Notes: generated by a model from the letters alone, not told the origin. A DNA stretch of 64,000 nucleotides from Octopus vulgaris (GCA_951406725.2 OX597816.1:26164001-26228000); one strand, 5' to 3'. Positions 13,026 through 27,419 are shown, counted from the first letter of the stretch. A program made the numbers and translations.

Positions 13026-15190
13026 AGAAATTTTCCTCGTCTGGCTTTATTTGTTTTCCTGTCCTGTTTATATTCCTTCTTGTACTGTATTTCTTGTAAT
13101 TGTATTTTATGTTGTATTTGTTTTTAATTGTATTGTTTTTACGTCCTGTTTTTGCCACATTTTTTTTCCTTGTTTTTACTCCTCTGCAAAGGAATTTTAT
13201 TTAATTCTTTCGCAGGAAGGATTAGTTCGACGAGACGTGTTCTGTCCTCACCTTCGAAATACGCTGGAGTTGAACTAGGGACGGCTGATGAAGGGGATTT
13301 TTCCTTGTGTAGTTGTCTTGTACTCTGTTTTTTCGTTGTTAAAGGAATGGTCCGTTCCATGCTGTTTTTACGTTTTCGTTTCTCGTTGAGTTCTACGTCT
13401 ATTTGTGGTGTCCTGTACACACGTATATTTCTTTATATATGCATGTATATATACATGTAGATGTAGGTACGTACATATATGTTTGTATGTATGCATATAT
13501 TTTATTTATTACACTATTGTATGACTGAGCGCCTTCGCATCGATTCGATTCGTTTCGTTTCGTTTCGTTTCTTCTTCTTCTCTAAGTTGGTTTATATATA
13601 TATATATATATATACATATATTCTGTTATTCGTTTATTGGTTTCAATCATTTGACTTCGGCCATGCTGGACCACTGCCTTTAGTCGGAAAAATTGACCCC
13701 AGGACTTATTCTTTGTATGCCTAGTACTTGTTCTATCAGTTCATTTGCCGAACCGATTAGTTACGATATTTATGTATGTATGTATGTATGTATGTATGTA
13801 TGTATGTATGTATGTATGTACGTACGTATGTATGTATGTATTTATGTGTATGTATGTGTCTGTACGTGTATGAGTCAGTACAAGGAGAATGAGAGAAAAG
13901 AAAGAGAGATTAAAGTTATTGAAGTTAAGTAACAATTTGTGACCTTAACAGTAGCTTTAGTAAATTCGAATCTGAACAATGTAAAACGCAGACAAGCACA
14001 TAACGAATACAGAACCGGATATGGAAGAAATATCTGATGAATGATATGTGAATAAAGAATGGTGGTAAAATCGGGCATTGTTTAGCAAAATGGGATATGA
14101 TTAAGCAAGCAACATACAGTGACAGAATGACTTGTTAATTGAACAATATAAGACGATATAATAGGAAAAAAATTTCAGCAAAACTACTTTAGAAAAGAGT
14201 ATCTGAAAATCCATTTACAGATAAACAGCAAAGACGACCAATTAACATCAGAACAATCCATAAATTAGTAAGCAAAATGACAACATTGGCTACACTTCAA
14301 TAAAAGATTAATAGAAAGAAGCCAATGGAAATAATAGCAACAAATAAAACAATGAACTCCTTGTAATGTATATAAATATACTATCTCGAATAACAAAAGA
14401 AGACTGTTCCCGACTGCAGATCGTTGCGGCATAAAACTCGAAGCTCAAGAAAGCAATTCATTTCAATTACGTATATATTCTGTTTGTAGACATAGCGACT
14501 AGATTTGTTGGTGTGGAAAAATGCTTTAAAAAATATATAAACTATCCTAGCAAAATCGATTCATGTATTTTTTAAAAGCTTCTCTGCATGCGTTAATTTC
14601 TCCGCAAAACTGAAAATCACGTAATATAATCTATACATAACTGAGGATGTAGAGCAAATGCAAGACATTTTAAGCCTATTTCTGAAATCACCTATTAACT
14701 AAGTCATACATGAACTGGTAATCAAGGTGAAACTGCTCATGATCGATTAAAATAACTTGCTAACACATAACATAGTTTTCATCCAGAGAGAAACTGGCTC
14801 ACACAGCTTCTTCCGCATTGCAATTTGAAATAGCTGTTAAATCATTCAAATGAGAACTTTGTGAAGGCCCTCGACAAAGATGATTATGATAAGTGCCACA
14901 ATATTCATCATCTAGACAGAGGCACAAAATTAGTGGAGTGGTGACATGTCATCTTGAAAGTCACAGGTGAGTCCGCTGCGATCACCGGTGTTCTTTGAAA
15001 GGTAACAATAGCTATGAACAGGAAATATTTACGGTTATTACAGTTTTAAATAGTTCTCTCACTTGCAAGGAAAACTACTCATACTATCTACACCGACGAC
15101 TCGAAAAAATCAGACAACATAAAAGGATTCCGTGTAAAAAATTTCTACATAAAGCTCAGCATGAGCGGTACAAAACAGCATGTCATTTAA

Positions 15191-15759
15191 CCCATCAACG
15201 CCCATGATCATTTTTAGGACCAGAAAGATAATCCATCATATTTCTGCAACACCTGCATTTTTCTGAGATTTCTTTAGTTAGTCATCAAAATCAGTGTTTT
15301 TCAAATATTGTAATAATTTGTTTTAATGTATTTAGTATCAGATTAATATTTCGTTTTTTGGATTTGGTTTGCAAGAAGCTTTATATGAGTTCGTGTGTTG
15401 AAGCATATTCTGTTGTGTCTGGGAAGAGTCCTTTTCTTTTTGTGCCTTATAATTTAACTCACTGAAGGTAAAGTTTCCACTTATTTCTTATTTTTATTTT
15501 CCTAATTATTATTATTATTTTTTTTTGCGTCTTGCAACGTTTTCAATAGTCTTGACTGTTGAAAAGGTTGCAAGACGCAACGAAAATTTTAGGAAAATAA
15601 AAATAAGAAATAAGTGGAAATTTTACCGGTGAGTGTGTTAAATTATAAGGCACAAAAAGAAAATCACTCTCCCCAGACACAACAGAATATCAGATTAAGA
15701 TGTATAAAAAAGATTTTTTGGTAATAAATTAAATAAAAAACAATTTGGGTACTAATGGG
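15191..15759. mobile_element. Non-autonomous piggyBac-like element (TTAA TSD) carrying a nested insertion
   Basis: TTAA|CCCATCAACGCCCA ... TGGGTACTAATGGG|TTAA imperfect terminal inverted repeats. Confidence 0.6.
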
Positions 15760-16582
15760 TTAATACAAAAAATGTTTAAGCATTTTATTATCAGGGGCAA
15801 AATATATTAGGGAATGCAGAAGTTTTCAATTCTAGATTCACAATCAGTTCATGGTCAAGATATCAAATTAGAAATTTATATATCGTTCCATAACTTAGTA
15901 ATTCGAATCCATCCCAAAACTTCACCTGATGAGCAGCAGGATGGGATCTGAGATCAGTATGAACTAGACAAGGAAACATGGTCCAGTTGCTATAGTGGGA
16001 GACACTTGCCCACGATGCGCTCGGTGCAACTGAACCCGAATCCATGTGATTGCTTAGCAACCATGCTTGCGCTAATGTGTGTGCATGTGTGTGTACATAA
16101 TGACATGTATGCCATTTGACTGCAGCAATGCTGGGGTTCTGCCTTGATTGATTTTAGTTGAACAGATCCACCCCCAGGGCTTGTTTTTTAAAGCCTAGTA
16201 CTTAGTGCTCATCCTACTGGTTCCTTTTACTGAAATGTTAGGTACGGAGACGTAAACACGCCTACAACGGTTGTCAAGTGGGTTGGTAGACAAGCACAGA
16301 CAGAAACACCCACCCACACATTCACACACACACACACACACACACACAAAAAAAACACATACATATATTTATATAGGCAAAGGGTGATATAGCTTGGTAC
16401 CAGTGACGTCGCAACTCATTCCTACAGCTGAGTGAACTGGAGCAACGTGAAATGAAGTGTCTTGCTCAAGAACACGACACGTAGCTTGATCCGGTATTCG
16501 AACACACAACCTCACGATCGTAAGCTCGTCGCTCTAACCACTGAACCATGCACCTTTACATATACACTCACACACACGAATA

Positions 16583-16677
<95 letters not shown>

Positions 16678-17868
16678 ATATGTATGTATGTATGTATATA
16701 TAGAGAGAAAAAGAGAGAGAGAGAGAGATGTAGATAGATAGATAGATAGATAGATATGTGTGTATAAGAGGCGGTGGGTGGGTGTTTGTGTCTTCTACTT
16801 CAGCCCTAGACAGTAGTACAAGACACCTCTCCCAGGTACCAAGAAGTGGAACTGAACTCGGAACCATGCGTCTCATTGAACCCGGAACCATGTGGCGTAT
16901 CACACAGCCATCCCTAAACATCATATGTGTGTATGTGTGTGTGTGTGTGTGTGTTGTGTGTGTGTGTGTGTGTGTATGTGTGTGTGTGTATGTCTGCATA
17001 TATGCATAGCAGTGTGTTCGTATATTTATTAATAGATACGCCCATGATGTCTTCCGTTATTCGTCATAACCGCCATGTTTATTTGACACACTTAATTTTT
17101 TTGTAGCAAGCAACCAGCACTTCTAATGCACATGTTCCATTTACTCTTCTAACCACTCATTTTCCTGTCTCATCTTCGACATAGACATAACATGTCGACA
17201 ATATATATATACAGTGCTGAAGTATGGGAAGGTCATTGAAATAAATGCTGGTTTTTGTCTGTCTCTTCTTTGTGTCTATGATGGTATGTGTTTCTATGTA
17301 TTAGTTATAAGATACTATTATCTGTGAGAGTTTCTGTTTGAGTAAGGGCTTGTGTAGCCCTGTGAATGAGCATTTGTTTGTGACTACTTCAGTTTTTCTT
17401 ATTATAAAACAAAACAATTCTGTATGTGTATATATGTGTGTATATCTGTATTTATGCTTGGGTGTTAATGAGTTCTTACAATTAGGTGTGTGTTTTACTT
17501 GTGTTATCTTTGCTGCTTGGAAAATTTCTGTGTATGTGTCTGTATATATTAACGTATGTATGTATGTATGTATGTATGTATGTATGTATGTATGTATGTA
17601 TGTATGTATGTGAGTAAATATATACGTGTGTGTGTGTGTATGTGTTTGTGTGTGTATTGTATGTGTATATAACAGTCGCCATGATAGATCGGTAGCCGCT
17701 ACACACATTTTTTCTCTCCTTTTTTCTCTCCTTGTTTCTTTCTGTGTCCCTTTCTATAGAAGAGCGTAGGCTCGAAACGTAAAAGACTTTTTCAATTCCT
17801 GAGCGTTATACTAATACATCTGTTTGTTTTCTACACCACCTGTCTTCGTCTTTTTTTTTGTGAATTCT

Positions 17869-17931
<63 letters not shown>

Positions 17932-18257
17932 CATGTATATATCTGTGCGCGTGCGTCTGTGTATGTGTGTGTGCATGACAGCGTACGTAGATGTGTGATC
18001 GTATGTCACCAATCGGCACCAATTTTTTTCTTTACAAAATTGGTGAACCTGCATATCCATAACCCACAGAATTGGTCAAGTAAAAGAATATACAGAAATA
18101 GATAGACAGACAGACAGATCGTTGTTTCTAGCTAAACCCGGCTGGGAGCAACCTGAAATAAAGTGCCTAGCTCAAAAACGTAATGCACCGCCGCGAATCG
18201 AAGTCGTATCTTTATATTAATACCATACTAAGCCACGCACCTACTAGTGATATATAC

Positions 18258-18378
<121 letters not shown>

Positions 18379-18417
18379 TACATACATATATATATATATA
18401 CATACATACATATATAT

Positions 18418-18480
<63 letters not shown>

Positions 18481-18506
18481 AATATAGGTATTCATATATA
18501 CATATA

Positions 18507-18542
<36 letters not shown>

Positions 18543-19108
18543 CAAATACATATATACATATATGAATATATACATATAGACAGACAAATAGATAGATGTG
18601 TATATATACATGTATATACAATTGTTTGGCTGAACAAGAGTGTGTGTGCTGGTGTTTTATTTTGCAAGGGCGAGTACACTCGGCCATCTAAATCCTCAGA
18701 CCCCATTCCCACCTCACCGGAAGTCCCTTCCTTGCGGACCAGCTCGTTTGCAAGACTGCACTGAAGTACCTGTCAACAGTTCGTCTATTAGAAGTCTTTT
18801 GGGCAGTGCCATACATTCATATGTATACGTCTATATCTGTATGTGTGTCTATCTGGTTAATCCTGTGTATATGTGTGTGTGAGTGTATGCCTGTGTGTGT
18901 GTATTCATGTATAAATATATAATATACGAGATATGTGTACTAAGGTGTATATGTGTGTGTACGAAATGAACAATAATTACAGTTAATACGAGATAACCGC
19001 AAATAAATTCAAAATACTTTGGAAATATAACAAAGCAAAGACGAGCAATCATGAAATATTGTCTCATGTCACCTCTCTCTGTTTTTCTGCGTTGTCCCCG
19101 CTCCTCAC

Positions 19109-19900
19109 TCTCCCTATCTCTTCCCAGAACAAGAAATCGTCTGTTCTTAGGCCGGGATTTAAATCGGTTTTGCTAGGTTTATAAAGCTGAATACAGGCCA
19201 CACGTCACCCTGATACCTCTTCAAATCCATCACGCGTCAACTCTCGCCCCATATGGGTGTGTTTGTACATATATGTGTGTGTGACTTTCAAACCTTATTC
19301 GGATTTCATCAGTGGCATCCACGCTACTTGCCCAATAACGGAGAACTAAGTGGCCAATCTATTTATATGCATTTCAAATCTTGTAACTCCAGAGAACTGG
19401 AGCAGCTAATTTGCATACTATGAGCAACTAATTTGCATTATAAGTGAAACTAATTTGCATATTAATGTGTTAATATTCATTTGAAAACAAAGGCCTGTCG
19501 ACGGAGATCTCATGCCACACATTATCCTGATAAGATATATGTAAATCTACGTAGTAGTCATATATGTAAAAATTAACCGCACACACGCGCTCACATACGG
19601 ACATATTCACACACGCATGCGGGTGGATTATACTTATGGTTTTCGAAGGCAGAAGAGTGATTAGTTAATCAAATTTTTTTCTAACCAACTTCCGTTTCTT
19701 TCAGCTTCTTACCGCTTCTTCCTTTTTCTCTGAACTTTCCTTCACTGTCCGACGAAGAGCTATGGTCGAAAACGTCAAATCTTTATTTTTAAGTTTCCCT
19801 TTTAAACTTTCATTGAGTGTCAAACTGCTAATATACAATGTAAACGGTTCTTCGACATTTGTTGGTCTTCTTTTTGTTTTTGGATTCGTCGTTCGTCACC

Positions 19901-19968
<68 letters not shown>

Positions 19969-20145
19969 CACACACACACACTCATATATATATATATGTA
20001 TGCATGTATATACACATATATAGACACATATACATATATACATATATATATGTACATAAATACATACCTCTATATATATACGTACATACACACACACACA
20101 CACATATTTATATATGTATACGTATATATATATATATATACATAC

Positions 20146-20194
<49 letters not shown>

Positions 20195-20457
20195 TGTGTG
20201 TGTATATATTGGCCACTTAGTTCTCCAGTATTGGTCAAGTAGCGTGGATGCCACTGATGAAATCCGAATAAGGTTCGAAAGTCACACACACATATATGTA
20301 CAAACACACCCATATGGGGCATGAGTTGACGCGTGATGGACTTGAAGAGATGTCAGGGTGACGTGTGGCCTGTATTCAGCTTTATAAACCTAGCAAAACC
20401 GATTCAAATCCCGGCCTAAGAACAGACGATTTCTTGTTCTGGAAAGAGATAGGGAGA
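19109..20457. repeat. About 250-bp inverted repeat pair (19109-19358 / 20208-20457)
   Basis: Direct reverse-complement comparison shows few mismatches. Confidence 0.95.
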
Positions 20458-20523
20458 CAACGTACATACACACACACACACATATTTATATATGTATACG
20501 TATATATATATATATATACATAC

Positions 20524-20620
<97 letters not shown>

Positions 20621-22414
20621 CTGAGTAGGTGTGTCAGTGTGTACTTATTTTTGTGTCCGTTCGACATACCAGCGAGAGGTATTAAGATAGAAAAGGGAAT
20701 CACTCCACATGGGAAATGCGTGTGTCGTATGTATGTGTCGTAGAGAAAGAGAGAGAAAGCGAGAGGGGGTAACGAAGGAGGGGTAAAGCGTATGTGTGTT
20801 ATACATAGAGATATATAAACAGAATTGTAACGCATGTGATATTGTGCACGTGTACGTGCTTGTGTGAGAAGGAGAGAATGAGTAAGGCAGTGAAGAACAG
20901 AGATGCAGAGGCATTATATGTAGGTGTGTAGAAATGTTGGGAGTGAAATTGGGTAAAAGGAAATTTTTTTCACTAGGATGTCCATCTGCCACATTTTTTG
21001 GTATGTTATGTTTGTATGTTGTTTTGATCTTCATTTCTGTTTTGTTTTTCCTTAGTGGGTGTATTTATGTGTATGTTTCTGCGAGTTCGTGTATGTGTGT
21101 GTATGCTTCTGTGCCTCTGTGTGTGTGTGATTCATTGATTGAAGGTCCGCATGCACTGATGAAAACGGATGTTAGGAAGTAGGGTACGCTAAAGTCCAAG
21201 TGGCTGACTTTGGGTAGTTGAGCAGAGAAATCGTTAGCACGCCGGACAAAGTGCTTTACTGTATTTCTTCCGGCTCTTTATGTTCTAAGTTCAAATTGTA
21301 CTGAGATCAACTTTCCCTAGCATTTGTTTGGCGTCGATAAAATAATTACCAGTCAAGTATTGAGGTCTTTACATTCTGAGTTCCAATTCCGCTGAAGTCG
21401 ACTTTGTCTTTCGTCCTTGGAGATCGCTAAATCAAGTGCCAGTTGAGTACCGGGTTCGATGTAATCGACTTACCCTCTCCCCTACAATTGCTGGCCTTGT
21501 GCCAAAATTTGAAATCATTATTATTTAGTACTCAGTAGCAAGCACCAAGAACAGAGTATTTACTCATACCTAAGGAGGAAAGATTTCAAATTGTTCCGCT
21601 GAACCGAGACCGTAAAATTTCCTGCATCTTAGAGGCTTGGCAAAAGTGATGATAGAATAAATACCAGTTTAAAAAATATACTTGGTCGATTCGTTCGATT
21701 AAAATGCTTGAAGATGGTGTACCAGCATGGCTGGAGTCTAATAATTGAAGCAATTAAACAGTAAAAGATGAGCTGAACACATTAATATTCATGTTTATTG
21801 TTAATCTGTTTGCCATAAAAATGTTTATGAATAAAATTTTTTTTTTGCTGGGACAGAAAAACAAACTCAAACAATAACTGGTTCCCATCCACGGTCTCGG
21901 TTCAGCGGAACCATTTACAACCGTGGTAAAATCCATCCCTGGAAACACCTCAATCTCTGTGATACCTCATTCAATTGGTGCCCTAAGCATAAGCTTATTT
22001 TGACAGTACATATTTATATGGAAAAATCATTTAATTATTACCTCCGGTACGATTCAAGACCTTAATAATTGATCGAGCAATAGGATTACTCGCCCTTGAC
22101 ACCCACGGATTATTCTTATATTTTTTTGTTTAGTGTCCTCTTGCCTTGAACTAAAATGTATGAATATACGTGTTTATACATCCTAGTGTGTATCTGCGTG
22201 TACAACGTGTACTTGTGTATTTCTGCGCTGACCTGTCTGTATGCATAAGTTCTTCTGTCATAATTTGTAGGCCTATAGCTTACTATTGATGTTCTGTACT
22301 CTCATATCGAAATATAAGCAAAGGCATTTCAGTTTTTTATATCTATGAAGGTCTACAATATCCGAAGTGACAAGTTTTGATTTAGGACGGGAGGATGTAA
22401 TTCGCAGGAGATTT

Positions 22415-22801
22415 GGGTGCCATTTTCAGCAGACCAAACAACTGTTTAGAGGTCTCCCCTTTGACTCGTCAAGTTGTGTGTTATCACGGATGCTTATGTC
22501 ACTTTCAATACTTCTTCGCTCGTCTACTTATGAATTTGTGCATTTCAATGTATAAGTGTGTAATGACATGTTCTGGTAGCGGGTACTTAGGCGATTAGAT
22601 CACCTGGTCGCTATTTTTAGCAGGCCAAGCGACCTCTTAGAGGCTTCCTCGTTGGCTCGTCAAGTTGTGAGTTATTGTGAGTGCTTATGTCACTCTCAAT
22701 GCTTTTGCACTTGTGTACTTATGTGTTTGTGCATTTTAGGTACTTGAGTCTGTATGTACAACTTTAATGATATGCTACGATAGAAGGTACTTAGACGATT
22801 A
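22415..22801 (+). repeat. Diverged tandem duplication, unit about 190 bp
   Basis: Repeated CTCGTCAAGTTGTG...TGCTTATGTCACT...GGTACTTAG.CGATTA blocks. Confidence 0.8.
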
Positions 22802-22802
22802 T

Positions 22803-23168
22803 ACTCTTTACTCTCTTTTACTTGTTTCAGTCATTTGACTGCGGCCATGCTGGAGCACCGCCTTTAATCGAGCAACTCGACCCCGGGACTTATTCTTTTG
22901 TAAGCCCAGTACTTATTCTATCGGTCTCTTTTGCCGAACCGCTAAGTAACGGGGACATAAACACACCAGCATCGGTTGTCAAGCAATGCTACGGGGACAA
23001 ATGCAGACACACAAACACACACACGCATATATATATATATACATATATACGACGGGCTTCTTTCAGTTTTCGTCTACGAAATCCACTCACAAGGCTTTGG
23101 TCGGCCCGAGGCTATAGTAGAAGACACTTGCCCAAGATGCCACGCAGTGGGACTGAACCAGGAACCAT
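22803..23168 (-). mobile_element. SINE family A, 5' truncated
   Basis: Reverse-complement match to the family consensus. Confidence 0.9.
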
Positions 23169-23718
23169 TTGTATGTATATGTTATACTACGGTGCGTGAA
23201 TATGCGTACGCTTATATCATTTTCGTTGCTTAGTGTGTGTATGTTTATGTGTATGTGTATTTATGTTTGTATGCGTTTATGATTTGCTTCACACGATTCA
23301 ATGTCGTTGTTATTGTTGTTGATGTTGTTTAGTCCAAGTTAGCCCTGATTAAGCAGACCCGTAGTCGAAGACATTCCAGCTGTGTCAGTTGTACCATTTT
23401 CCCAGACAGAATGCAAAGTGCCTCCAGAACCAAAACATAGAATTTGCACTAGTTTGCGTATTTTTTAAGCTGGTAAGGTGACATGTGAGAGAGATTTCGG
23501 TTGCTATTTCTAGCAGGTCAAGTGGCCACTTAGCGACCACTTCGTTGGCTTAGCCATATGTGTATATGTGGGTGTGTACGTGCGCGCGAGAGTCTTTGCG
23601 TGTGTGTGTGTGTGTGTGTACTTGGTTTCATATGTAAGTTTGATTTCATGCACATAAGCATATACGGTATCGTTAAACGATCTGTAGATTCAAATGCATT
23701 TCCGGGTGGATATGTGGG

Positions 23719-24052
23719 AAGGTGCATGGCTCAGTGGTTAGAGCGTCGAGCTTACGATCGTGAGGTTGTGAGCTCGAAACCCGGACCGGGCTGCGTGTTG
23801 TGTTCTTGAGCAAGGCACTTTATTTCACGTTGCTTCAGTTCACTCAGCTGTAGAAATGAGTTGCGACGTCACTGGTGCCAAGCTGTATCGACCTTTGTCT
23901 TTCCCTTGGATAACACTGGTGGCGTGGAGAGGGGAGGCTGGTATGCATGGGCGACTGCTGGTCTTCCATAAACAACCTCGCCTGGACTTGTGTCTAGGAG
24001 GGTAACTTTCTAGGTGCAATCCCATAGTCTGTGTCGTGACCGAAGGGGGTCT
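23719..24052 (+). mobile_element. tRNA-derived SINE family B
   Basis: TGGCTCAGTGGTTAGAGC A box, tRNA-like head, TTCTTGAGCAAGGCACTT core. Homologous copies at 12717-13025(+), 16392-16555(-), 50701-50870(+), about 7520-7620(+). Confidence 0.85.
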
Positions 24053-24184
24053 CCGATGTGGGTATGCTTATTATGGCCGTTTTTGTGTGTTTACAGATAG
24101 ATCAATGTGCGTGTGTGTGTGTCTGTGTGTGTTTGTATGACGAACTGTTTTATTAGTGAGTGTGCATGTCTATAAACGATAAAC

Positions 24185-24474
24185 GTCGCCCTTTTCAAGC
24201 CTAGCCAGGCTCATGGGCCCGGTTTCCCGGTTTCTGTGGCGTATGTGTTCCCCCCAGCTGGACGGGACGCCAGTCAATCGCAGCATTATTCAAGAAACAG
24301 GAAGAGAGAGTGAGAGAAAGTTGGGGCCAAAGAGTACAACAGGGGTCGCCACCACCCTCTGCCGGAGCCTCGTGGAACTTTAGATGTTTTTGCTCAATAA
24401 ACACACACAACGCCCTGTCTGGGAATCGAAACCACGATCCTCCAACTGCGAGTCCGCTGGGCCATTGCGCCACG
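24185..24474 (-). mobile_element. SINE family C
   Basis: Reverse-complement match; flanked by direct repeat GCATGTCTATAA. Confidence 0.85.
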
Positions 24475-24948
24475 GCATGTCTATAAGGCTTTTGTTTATG
24501 CGTGTCTCCTTGTGTGTGCGTTTAGTTGTAGATGTATGTGTGCATATATGTATGCGTCTAGATGTTTAAGACTGTGTGCGCGTGCATGTGTGCGCATATG
24601 TATGTGTTTGTGTATGTGTGTGTAGTTGTGTCTGTGTGTGTCTGTATGTGTGTCAGTAAGCGTCTTTACGCTAGTGAGTGTGCGTAAGTGTATGTGTACG
24701 CCTATGTATTAATAAGTATGTTTGTGAGGCGCTTGTATACCTGTTTGTGCGAATGTGTGCGCGCGTGATTAATTGTCTGTGTGCGCGCATGTGTCTGTGC
24801 ATTTAAATGTGTGTGGTGTGTGTGTATGTGGGATTGCACGCGCACGTATGTAAATGTGTTACTTATAATTACTATGAGGTTGTGTGTATATACGTGTGTG
24901 CCCGCGTGCATGTTTTTTTCATATATGGGTGTGTCTATATATGTTTTC

Positions 24949-25022
24949 TCAGAAGCAGAATAAATTTCTACGCATATCTGTTTATATGTATATGTGTGCG
25001 TATACGCATGTGTTTCCGTCTC

Positions 25023-25089
<67 letters not shown>

Positions 25090-25220
25090 TTACATGCGCA
25101 GTCTTACATGTATGTATGATAACGGTGTATATTTTTCTGTAGGCAGAAGCAAAATAAATTTCTATGTATATCTCTTTATATGTATATGTGTGCGTATACG
25201 CATGTGTTTACGTCTCTATG

Positions 25221-25261
<41 letters not shown>

Positions 25262-25378
25262 ATTTGTGTGTGTGTGTGCATGTGTGTGTGTGTGTGTGTG
25301 TATGTGTGTCTGTGTGTGTGCTTACATGCGCAGTCTTACATGTATGTATGATAACGGTGTATATTTTTCTGTAGGCAG
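24949..25378 (+). repeat. Tandem duplication spanning microsatellites
   Basis: GCTTACATGCGCAGTCTTACATGTATGTATGATAACGGTGTATATTTTTCTGTAGGCAGA occurs twice. Confidence 0.9.
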
Positions 25379-25777
25379 ACAGCTATGGCTGTGTTGTTAG
25401 TTAATATGAATGAGGAAACACTCAAAAGAATCACAGAATTCTACTTATCTTAGTGTGAAAACAGCGCTAATGCAATGAATGACATAAGTGTTTCTTTCTC
25501 TCTTTTCCCTCCTTCCCGCCTTATGTCCCTCTCTTGTACACTCACACTTACTCACTCACCTATTCAGTCTGTCTCTCTTTCTCTTTAAACACACACACAC
25601 ACACACACATACACACATACTTACATCTTTATATACACACGTATGTATGTGTGTGTGTATATATCTATCTATCTAAATATATATATATATATATTGTATG
25701 TATATACAATGTACATGTTCATTTTTATGTACGTCTGTTTATGAATATATATTTATATACATATATATATGAATGTG

Positions 25778-25814
<37 letters not shown>

Positions 25815-25876
25815 CTGTGTCTGTGTGTGTGTGTGTGTGCATATATATATATATTTATATGTATTTGTATTTACGT

Positions 25877-25918
<42 letters not shown>

Positions 25919-26148
25919 GTGTGTGCATATGTATATATATATATATGTATGTGTATATATATATTTATGTGTGTGTGTGTCTATATATGTAAATATTCAT
26001 ACACACACATATATAAATATATATATATGTGTGCCTACCTTTCAGGCACTCTCTCTCCCACCCTCACAGACCACCACTTTCTGTTTCGTTGACTGATTGT
26101 ATATCTGTCTGACCGTCTGTATGTCAGTCTGTTTCTCTCTCTCTCTCT

Positions 26149-26203
<55 letters not shown>

Positions 26204-26566
26204 TACTCTTTCTACTCGCACCATTTTCTCTCTTTCTAACTGTCTCATCTTTCTTTCTCCTCTCATATGTTATTAACTCAGAATTTTCTCTTCTTTTCTT
26301 CCTGCCCTACATAGTTCTCTCTCTATACCTTTGCTACTTCTTACTCTTACCCTCCTCTCACCCCTCTCTTTGTCTATCTCTCTCTCTCTCTCTCTCTCTC
26401 CTCTCTCCTCTCTCTCTCTTTCTCTCTCTCTACACTCACACACATATATATAGATATATATGCATATATGTATATACGTGTGTTTGCGTACTTGTCTATA
26501 CACACATATATATATATATAACTTTAAATTTAAAATGAGGGTGAGAAATTTGATATATATATGTGT

Positions 26567-26604
<38 letters not shown>

Positions 26605-26612
26605 GCATGTGT

Positions 26613-26910
26613 AGAGGCGCAATGGCCCAGTGGTTAGAGCAGCGGAATCGCGGTCGGACGATCGCAGTTTCGATTCCCAGACCGGGCTTTGTGTGTGTTT
26701 ATTGAGCGAAAACACCTAAAGCTCCATGACGCTCCGGCAGGCGGTGATGGCGACCCCTGTTGTACTCTTTCGCCCCAACTTTCTCTCGCTTTCTCTTCCT
26801 GTTTCTTGAGTAACGCTGCGATTGTCTGCGATTGTCTTGTCCAACTCGGGGGAACACATATGTCATAGAAACCAGGAAACCAGGGTCCACAAAAACCGGG
26901 AAACCGGGCG
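26613..26910 (+). mobile_element. tRNA(Arg-like)-derived SINE family C
   Basis: TGGCCCAGTGGTTAGAGC...GTTTCGATTCC head; TGAGCGAAAACACCTAAAGCTCC core. Confidence 0.85.
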
Positions 26911-26964
26911 CATAAATAAATAAAAAATGCATGCATAACTGTAGGTGCACATGCATATACATAC

Positions 26965-27385
26965 AGGCGCAGGAGTGGCTGTATGGTAAGTAGCTTGCTA
27001 ACCAACCACATGGTTCCGGGTTCAGTCCCACTGCGTGGCATCTTGGGCAAGTGTCTTCTGCTATAGCCTCGGGCCGACCAATGCCTTGTGAGAGGATTTG
27101 GTAGACGGAAACTGAAAGAAGCCTGTCGTATGTATGTATATATATATGTATGTGTGTGTTTGTGTGTCTGTGCTTGTCCCCCTAGCATTGCTTGACAACC
27201 GATGCTGGTGTGTTTACGTCCCCGTCACTTAGCGGTTCGGCAAAAGAGACCGATAGAGAATAAGTACTGGGCTTACGAAGAATAAGTCCCGGGGTCGAGT
27301 TGCTCGACTAAAGGCGGTGCTCCAGCATGGCCGCAGTCAAATGACTGAAACAAGTAAAAGAGTAAAAGAGTAAAGAGTAAAAGAG

Positions 27386-27386
<1 letters not shown>
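26965..27386 (+). mobile_element. SINE family A, full length
   Basis: GGCGCAGGAGTGGCTG head through an (AGTAAAAG)n tail. Confidence 0.92.

Positions 27387-27419
<33 letters not shown>

Noticed and set aside
14915-14972. Strong donor CAG|GTGAGT and possible small exon
   Set aside because: Weak acceptor, unrecognisable peptide, no linked exons.
15920-15970. CTGATGA motif
   Set aside because: No matching stem II-GAAA-NUH architecture nearby.
23719-23790. SINE heads as tRNA genes
   Set aside because: Incomplete cloverleaves fused to repeat bodies; only 31157-31228 folds as a full tRNA.
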